A stretch of DNA of 64,000 bases from an uncultured Acidobacteriota bacterium (GTDB lineage Bacteria > Acidobacteriota > Polarisedimenticolia > J045): the NCBI GenBank assembly GCA_963702425.1, contig CAVPCQ010000012.1, positions 176,740 to 240,739 on the forward strand. The letters are read 5' to 3'. Position numbers and translations under genes: made by a program. Under the pieces are notes generated by a model that was given only the letters and a program-made list of their open reading frames with translations, was not told where the DNA came from and ran no database searches. Shown one piece after another: positions 57,648-64,000 of this stretch; within the stretch, counting starts at the first letter, position 1; each line of letters starts with the position of its first letter.

Positions 57648-58024
57648 ACTGGCCCCGGGCGGAGCGCATCCTGATCGTCCTGATCGTCGCGCACACGATC
57701 GCGGTCGGGATCGGCCTGACGCTGCTCGCCAGGTGGGGCGCCCGCTTCGGCGGTTTCGGCGAGCTGCAGCCGACCTTCTTCGCCCGCCAGGCCGGGGTGT
57801 TCCACTTCGTCGTCGCCTTCGGCTACCTGTACGAGTTCCTCCGGTATCGCTCGATCGGTCTGCTGCTGTTCGCCAAGAGCGTCGCGGTGGTCTTCCTGAC
57901 GCTGGCCTTCCTCTTTGGCCAGCACGCCTGGCTCGTCCCGGTGTCGGCGCTGGGCGACGGCGTGATGGGTGTCGTCGCGTGGTGGGTCCATCGCCGGGCG
58001 TGCGAGGCCTCCGTCCGCGGCTGA
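57644..58024 (+). CDS. Small 4-TM hypothetical membrane protein
   Basis: GTGA-coupled to hybD; four hydrophobic segments; FFARQAGVFH. Confidence 0.72.
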   Translation: MNWPRAERILIVLIVAHTIAVGIGLTLLARWGARFGGFGELQPTFFARQAGVFHFVVAFGYLYEFLRYRSIGLLLFAKSVAVVFLTLAFLFGQHAWLVPVSALGDGVMGVVAWWVHRRACEASVRG

Positions 58025-58091
58025 TTTCCGGTGCCGGCCGGATCTAGAATGGCGCCGGCCCTCCCCCCTAAACCGGCCCAGGAGCCCCCCC

Positions 58092-60392
58092 ATGCGCCGT
58101 CTCGGGTTCACGGTCTCGTGGTTCCTCCTCGCTCTCGTCCTGGCCTCCCTCCTCCCGCCGGCACTCGCGGCCGACGCCGGAACGATCGACGAGTTCCGGC
58201 AGCTCTCGCTTGCGGCGAAGGGGTTCCCCGTCGCGGCGCGGTCGGTCAAGCTGAACCGGCTCGAGTTGGAGCTTGTCAGCGGGACCGTGACGCCGATCGT
58301 GACCGCGAGCGGCGAGCGGCTCGGGATCTACTTCGAGGGCGACGGGAAGCTGCTGATGCGGGTCACGGACCCGCAGTCCCTGGCCGTCTTCGCGGAAAAC
58401 ACGCGATTGGCCGACAACCGGCTGACGGTTGGACCGGACAACGTCCGCGATGAGTTCCAGCGGCTGGTTCTGCTCTCCGGAAAGCCGGTGCTCGACGAGT
58501 TGCTCGCCGGCGAAACGGCGGGGACGACCGGTGCGGGCTCCAAAGACGCGCTCGATCGGATGCTGGCCGGGATCGACCGCTCGGAGACCGGCTTCGATCA
58601 TCTCGCCGCCGAGGCACGTTTCAACGACACCGGTGGACAGTACGTCTACGCCGAAGTCGAGGGCGGACCCGTCCGTCTCGGGTACGTCTACGACCGCGTG
58701 CGTTTCAACTACGAAGGTCTCTTCACGTTCTTCCGGCCGCCCGGCTACGACTTCCGCTTCATCCGGCGCGTCGTCACACAGGACCTCGAATCGAAGGCCG
58801 TGGTCCCCTTCACGCTCCAGAAGGCATCCCTCGCCGTCGACACCCCGGACAACCGCTCGGGCTCGATCACCAGCACGCTCGAACTCCGGATGGAACGCGA
58901 CGGGATCCGGATCCTCCCCTTCGACCTGATCAACAACCGCGACCACAAGTCCAATGCCTGGAACTCGACGCGCAATGTTCTGACCGTAAAGCGCGTCACG
59001 GATGCTTCAGGGCGCGAGCTGCCGTTCTCTCACCGCTACAACGAACTCGTCGTCGACCTCGGGATGGCGCCGAAGTCCGGCGCCGTGGTCACGCTGACCG
59101 TGGAGACGGCAGGCGAGATCTTCACCGACCCTAGCGGTGAGCGGAGCGACAACTACATCGATCTCTTCTCGATCGACTGGTTCCCGGTGCCACAGTCGAT
59201 CGGGGCGAACCGCTTCACTTTCGACCTGTCGCTGCGTACGAAGAAGCCGTTCCGTCCCGTCGCCTCCGGCGACACGGTCTCGATGAAAGAGGAAGGCGAC
59301 TACTTCGTGCTCCAGTCGAAGAGCGCCACTCCAGTCATGCAGGTCGCCGTCTTCGCCGGCAAGTACAAAACGAAGGAGATTGCGGCCGGGAGTCACAAAG
59401 TCACGGCATACGCCTACGCCATGGGTCGCGACCAGGACCTCCAGCGGCTGGCCGAGATGTCGGCCGCCTTCCTCCAGCTCTACGAGAAGATGTTCGGCCC
59501 CTACCCATGGCAGGAGTTCGACCTGGTCGAGGTCCCGACGTTCGCGCTCTTCGGCATCAGCCCTCCCGGCGTGGCGATCCTTACGACCCGCTCGTTCCGC
59601 CCTAAGAGCGACCAGATGGAGCAGTCGCAGAGCAACGCGGATGTCAGCGCGCTCGTCGCCCACGAGATCGCACACCAGTGGTTCGGGCACAAAGCGTGGC
59701 CGATGTACCTCTCTGAGGATCGCTGGCTGGCGGAGTCGCTCGCCGAGTACGCGTCAGGACTTGCGATGGGAGTGGCGCTACAGAACACGAAGACAAGTAC
59801 CGCCCGCATCACCGACTTCAAGCAGATGCTGGGAATCTGGCGCGGCTACGCAGACCTGGCCGAGGACAAGGCCTCGATCGCCGGGGCCTCCGAGCTCAGC
59901 GGCGACCTCGCGGACGACTACCGCTACTACCTGCTCTACTGCCGCGGCCCGTTGGTCCTGCACCAGTTGCGCACGATGATCGGCGATGAGCGCTACCTGA
60001 CGATCATGCGGAAGTTCCTCGACACCGCGAACTTCGGTCCGGCGACGACCGCGGACCTGGCGAAGGCAGCGTCCGATGTGCTCGGCCAGGACATGAGCTG
60101 GTACTTCGACCAGTGGGTCGAGGAGCCCGGCACGCCGGAGATCAAGGTAGACACCAAGGTCGAGCCGGCGGCGGCGGGAGGCTACCAGCTCGTCGTCCGA
60201 CTGACGCAGCCCGCAGGCGCGGCCTTCAAGAAGCTCCACGTGCCGCTGATCCTGGAGTTCCCCGGCGGTCGCAAGGCGGTCAAGCTGCCGTTCCAGGAAA
60301 AGCCGGTGCAGGACTTCACGTTCCCGCTGGACGCAGAGCCGACGAAAGTGCTGGTCGATCCGGGGAAGAACAGCCTGGCGACGTTCAAGTAG
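58092..60392 (+). CDS. Secreted M1-family (gluzincin) metallopeptidase
   Basis: Signal peptide ALA-A; FGPYPW, HEIAHQWFG...WLAESLAEY, Y.RG..VLHQLR..IGD. Confidence 0.9.
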   Translation: MRRLGFTVSWFLLALVLASLLPPALAADAGTIDEFRQLSLAAKGFPVAARSVKLNRLELELVSGTVTPIVTASGERLGIYFEGDGKLLMRVTDPQSLAVFAENTRLADNRLTVGPDNVRDEFQRLVLLSGKPVLDELLAGETAGTTGAGSKDALDRMLAGIDRSETGFDHLAAEARFNDTGGQYVYAEVEGGPVRLGYVYDRVRFNYEGLFTFFRPPGYDFRFIRRVVTQDLESKAVVPFTLQKASLAVDTPDNRSGSITSTLELRMERDGIRILPFDLINNRDHKSNAWNSTRNVLTVKRVTDASGRELPFSHRYNELVVDLGMAPKSGAVVTLTVETAGEIFTDPSGERSDNYIDLFSIDWFPVPQSIGANRFTFDLSLRTKKPFRPVASGDTVSMKEEGDYFVLQSKSATPVMQVAVFAGKYKTKEIAAGSHKVTAYAYAMGRDQDLQRLAEMSAAFLQLYEKMFGPYPWQEFDLVEVPTFALFGISPPGVAILTTRSFRPKSDQMEQSQSNADVSALVAHEIAHQWFGHKAWPMYLSEDRWLAESLAEYASGLAMGVALQNTKTSTARITDFKQMLGIWRGYADLAEDKASIAGASELSGDLADDYRYYLLYCRGPLVLHQLRTMIGDERYLTIMRKFLDTANFGPATTADLAKAASDVLGQDMSWYFDQWVEEPGTPEIKVDTKVEPAAAGGYQLVVRLTQPAGAAFKKLHVPLILEFPGGRKAVKLPFQEKPVQDFTFPLDAEPTKVLVDPGKNSLATFK

Positions 60393-60412
60393 CCGCGGGG
60401 ACCCGCACCTGG

Positions 60413-60646
60413 CTACGGCTCCCAGCGGACGTCCATCTCTTCGCGATCGCCCAGGGCCTTGCGGAGCAGCGCGACGAGCGCCGCGTCGCCGCCTTCTTCC
60501 TCGAGGAACTCGATGACCGGACCGTCCATGTAGTAGTCGTGGTCCTCGTCCGCCTCTTCGACGAGGCACTCGTTCAGGAAGTCGAGCTGCTCCGCGGTGA
60601 TCTCACCGACGAAGTTCCCGGACTCCTTGTCGTAGAGCTTGGGCAT
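60413..60646 (-). CDS. Small acidic conserved hypothetical protein (77 aa)
   Basis: GGAGGAGG RBS; LYD...G.I...QL.FL...L.EE...D.DYY pattern. Confidence 0.78.
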   Translation of the reverse strand: MPKLYDKESGNFVGEITAEQLDFLNECLVEEADEDHDYYMDGPVIEFLEEEGGDAALVALLRKALGDREEMDVRWEP

Positions 60647-60677
60647 GGCCCCTCCTCCGCGGCGCGTGGCGTGCGGC

Positions 60678-63600
60678 TCACTCTACCGTGAATCCGCCCA
60701 TCAAGGTGACGGTCCCGGTGGGGGCCTCGACGACGATGTCCTGCAAGCCCGGGTCGAGCTTCGGGATCTTGATGTCGATGATCGTGTCGCCCGACGTCGG
60801 CCCCATGAGCCAGCTCGAGATCTTCGCCTTCTTCCCGCCGACCGTGACCGTCCCCTTCTTCGTGCCCCAGTAGCTGCCGGAGATCCTGACCTTGGTGCCC
60901 TTCTCGCCGGTAGCTGGCAGAACCGCCCGGAGGGCCGGAGCCTTGGCCTCGAACGCGTTGAAGTAGGCTCTCTCCGGGGTCTTGTTCGGGATCACCCGCA
61001 CGTCGTAAACCCCCGGCGGGAGCACCTCCTTGAGCAGGCAGACGACCTGCGTAGCCGCCCAGGACTTCACCTTGCAGGGTGTGCCTCCCACCTCGACTTT
61101 CCCCTTTCCGGAGCCGAAGTCGGCCACCGCGTCGGTGACGACCAGTTCGGTCCCCTCCGTGCCGGCTTCCGGCGTGACGAACAGCGTGCGCGCGACGATG
61201 CGTGCTTCCCCGCCCACCGCGACGTCGATCCAGGTGAAGTCGCCCAACTGGTCGAAGACCTTGCGGTAGCGGCCGCCCGGCGGGATGTCGCCGGAATCCC
61301 AACCGCCCGTTCCAAGCGCCGGATCGATCAGCGAGAGGACGCGGTGCGGGCGATCGTCGGAGTTGACCCACTCGACGACGTCGTCCTCCGAGACGTTGAG
61401 CCGCCCGGAGACCGGGGCGTCGGAGAGAACGATGCGGCGCGTGAGCGTCTCGTCGACGGACAGGGGGACGTTCGGATCGACCACACCGCCCACGACCACC
61501 TGGGAGGGCGTGCTGTAGGCCTCGAACACGCGCAACGGGTCGGCCCCGCTCCAGCGGTAGCGTCCGGGGGGCGGGTAGAACGGCGCCTGGCCGTCCGGCG
61601 CGGTCTCCTGCGGGTTCGGCGCCGCGCCGAACAGCTCCGCGGGCCACGGCAGCCACGCGACCGTCGGGACGTTCGCGAAGCCGGTCGCGGGACGACCGGC
61701 CCAGAGCGCGTTCACGAAGCCGGCGACGGGGTCGTCGATCCCCTTCCCGCCGGCTGCGTCGTAGACGCGTCCGGCGGCGACCAGCATGCCGTCGTCGGCT
61801 CCGGTGTCGACCAGCACGGCCGCCGGATCGGAGGCCGCGCAACGGTAGGTGACTTTGACGGGCACGCGCGTGCCCGCGGCGGTTCCGACGGGAACCTCGA
61901 AGGTGCCCTGGAATCGGCCGCTGGCGTCATCGTAGGCCAGCGGCTGCGACGCCCCGCCGGCCCCACCCAGCGCCAGCGTCCAGACCTGCAGCGCGGGCGC
62001 GGTGGCGCAGCACGAGGCCACCCCGAGCGTGTAGGATCCGCCCGGGGCGAGGCGCATGCTCCTCCACCCGCTGTCGATCCGCGCCCGCCCCTGGCCGTCG
62101 TTGAGTCGCTGCGCCCGCCCTTCCGTGTCGACGAGGACGATCGCGACCGGATCGGCCGCGAGCTGCGGGTCGACGGTCAGCACGAACTCCTGCGCCGGGC
62201 TGGCGCTTCCCGCGTGTTCCGCGGTGAGCGAGAAGGCGTGCTCCCCCTCGGTGAGCCCTTCCTGCTCGATCGCGAAGGTGCGGTCGGCGCCCACCTCGAC
62301 GCTTCCCGCCGGCTCACCGTCCCGGCGCAGCACGACGTTCACCCCGGGCTGCGCAGCGCCACCGACCGGGAGGCCTGTCCGGCAGGTCTGACCGCCCAGC
62401 GGGGGCGAGGAGACGAGCGGGGCGAGGAGCGGAACCGCGTGCCGGACCTCGGCGACATTGTCGGCGGTGTCGTTCTCCGTGCTGTCGTTCGTGATCTCGG
62501 CGTGCAGCAGCAGCTCGGTTCCCGGCGCCGCGGCCCCGGGAAACCGCACGCTCAGCCACGCTCGTCCGCTGTCGAGCCGGCCGAGTGAGCCGACGCCGAA
62601 CGTCATCCGTTCGGGTTCTCGCATCCCCGAGAGCGGCAGCCACGAGCTGGCGTCGACCGTTTCCGACCCCACGGGCGCATCGCAGGAGATCGATACGGCG
62701 GACGCCGACAGCCGCCCCGCGTTTCGGTAGTAGAGCGCGTAGCGGAAGTACCAGTCGTCGCCGAGCGGGTCGTACATTGCGTCTCAAGCGCGGCGGACAG
62801 CTCCACGTCGGACTCGCTCGCGTCACCGGTGATGTCGACCGGAGCGGGCGGCGCGGGATTCCCGCCGTTCCACGCGGCGACGAGATCGGCCTCGAACTGC
62901 ACGAAGGGAACGTACACGGCCTCGCCCGAGACGGCGATCAGCACGTCCCGCGGATCCGAGTCGGGCGCCGACTCGATCGTCTCCCGGTTCCAGGAGTGTG
63001 CATCCACCGAGTTCAGGATCTTGACGGACGTGCCGTCCTCGCCGCGGCAGGCGAGGTGAAGGGTTCCGGAGCGGTCGAGCACCAGCGAGGCTCCGGTTCC
63101 GTCCGAGAGCTTCTCGAGGGCCCAGCTGGGGGCCGCATCGCTCGACCGCGCGACGTGAACCCCCGACGAAGAGCCGAAGGCGGCGACGAGGAGTGTGCCG
63201 TCGAAGACCATCAGCTGCCGCGATCCGGCAAGGCCGGTCTTGTCGGAGATCACCGTCTCGACCCAGGTCGCGCCGTAGTCGGTGCTCCGCGCATAACCGG
63301 CCCGCTCCCGTCGGGGAGCGGGTAGAGCGCGTGCATCGTGCCGGACGCTTCGACGGCCAGCGAGAGCAGCCCCGCCGCGGCGTCGACGATCTGCGCCGCG
63401 GTTCCCCAGGTCGACCCCTCGTCGGTCGAGCGGATCATCCAGAGCGCGCCGTCCTTGCGGTAGAGCACGGCGACCGTGTCCGCCTGCGCCGCGACGGCGA
63501 TGCCCGTCGCACCCGCACCCGGTTCGGCGTCGAGAGTGGTGCGCGTCCAGGTCGTCGAGCTCCCGACAGCGCGGGCGTAGACCAGCCCCGCGCCGGCATA

Positions 63601-63926
63601 GGCCACGTGCGTCAGCGTCCGGTTGGAAGCGTCGAAGGTCAGATCGAAGGAGGCCGTCGCGGCATCGCCGTCGGAGATCTCGCGAAAGGTCCACGTCCCG
63701 CCGGCGTCGCCGCCGACCGCGTCGCTCACCCGGCCGCCCGCGGCCACCTGGAAGAGCAGGTGCAGCGCGCCGTCGTCGGTGCGCGCCTCGAGCAGCGTCT
63801 CGACCGGTGCGAGGACGGGGAGCTGGGCCCAGGTCTGGACGGCAAGGGCGGCCGTCGCCGCAAGCAGGGCGAGTCCGAGAGCGTGGAGAGGGCCGTCAGG
63901 GCGCGACGGGGGGCGCGACAGGTCAT
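60678..63926 (-). CDS. Large secreted multidomain protein (BNR propeller, DUF11/Ig-like, cupredoxin-like, two IPT/TIG); indels near 63875, 63300 and 62780
   Basis: AAGGAG RBS plus ATG 63926; signal peptide restored by a frame change; RSTDEGSTW and RSTDYGATW Asp-boxes; ENDTADN; WVNSDDRPH..WDSG..PPG; FG..KG.V.VGG repeats. Confidence 0.75.
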
Positions 63927-64000
63927 GTCGGGAACTCCTTGGATCCGACGATTCTAGAGGCCGCGTTCCTTCCGCGCCGCCCCCGTTCGCAGGGCTCCCC

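Overview
Very GC-rich bacterial chromosomal segment with no rRNA, tRNA, CRISPR, prophage or transposase seen. Gene content suggests Acidobacteriota (inference). In order it holds: a conserved tilS-hpt-ftsH-folP-cdaA-cdaR-glmM-pdxJ cluster; dusA; transporters; a variant glmS; a secreted GH43; an HD-GYP/HAMP signalling pair; an M43 protease; glyA; a TetR-regulated ABC exporter; an S9 peptidase; an AraM/EgsA-like glycerol-1-phosphate dehydrogenase; a BNR-repeat protein; ctaA/ctaB with DUF3179; an ECF sigma/anti-sigma/PDZ module; a divergent hypABCDE / hybOABCD [NiFe]-hydrogenase-2-type locus; an M1 peptidase; and a large frameshifted surface protein. About ten small indels split otherwise intact genes, most likely long-read assembly errors. 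Non-coding signals read from the sequence are a GTAG-type REP family that supplies the stop codons of three genes, three ECF-type promoters, four TAnnnT-N6-ATG leaderless-type starts, a CTG start for hypA, and a palindrome that reads as a sigma54 site on both strands. No single clearly novel system is proven. The best candidates are the Cys-terminated C-terminal tail domain on the GH43, the ECF/anti-sigma/PDZ module with its putative regulon, and the ctaA-ctaB-Cys-less DUF3179 cluster.
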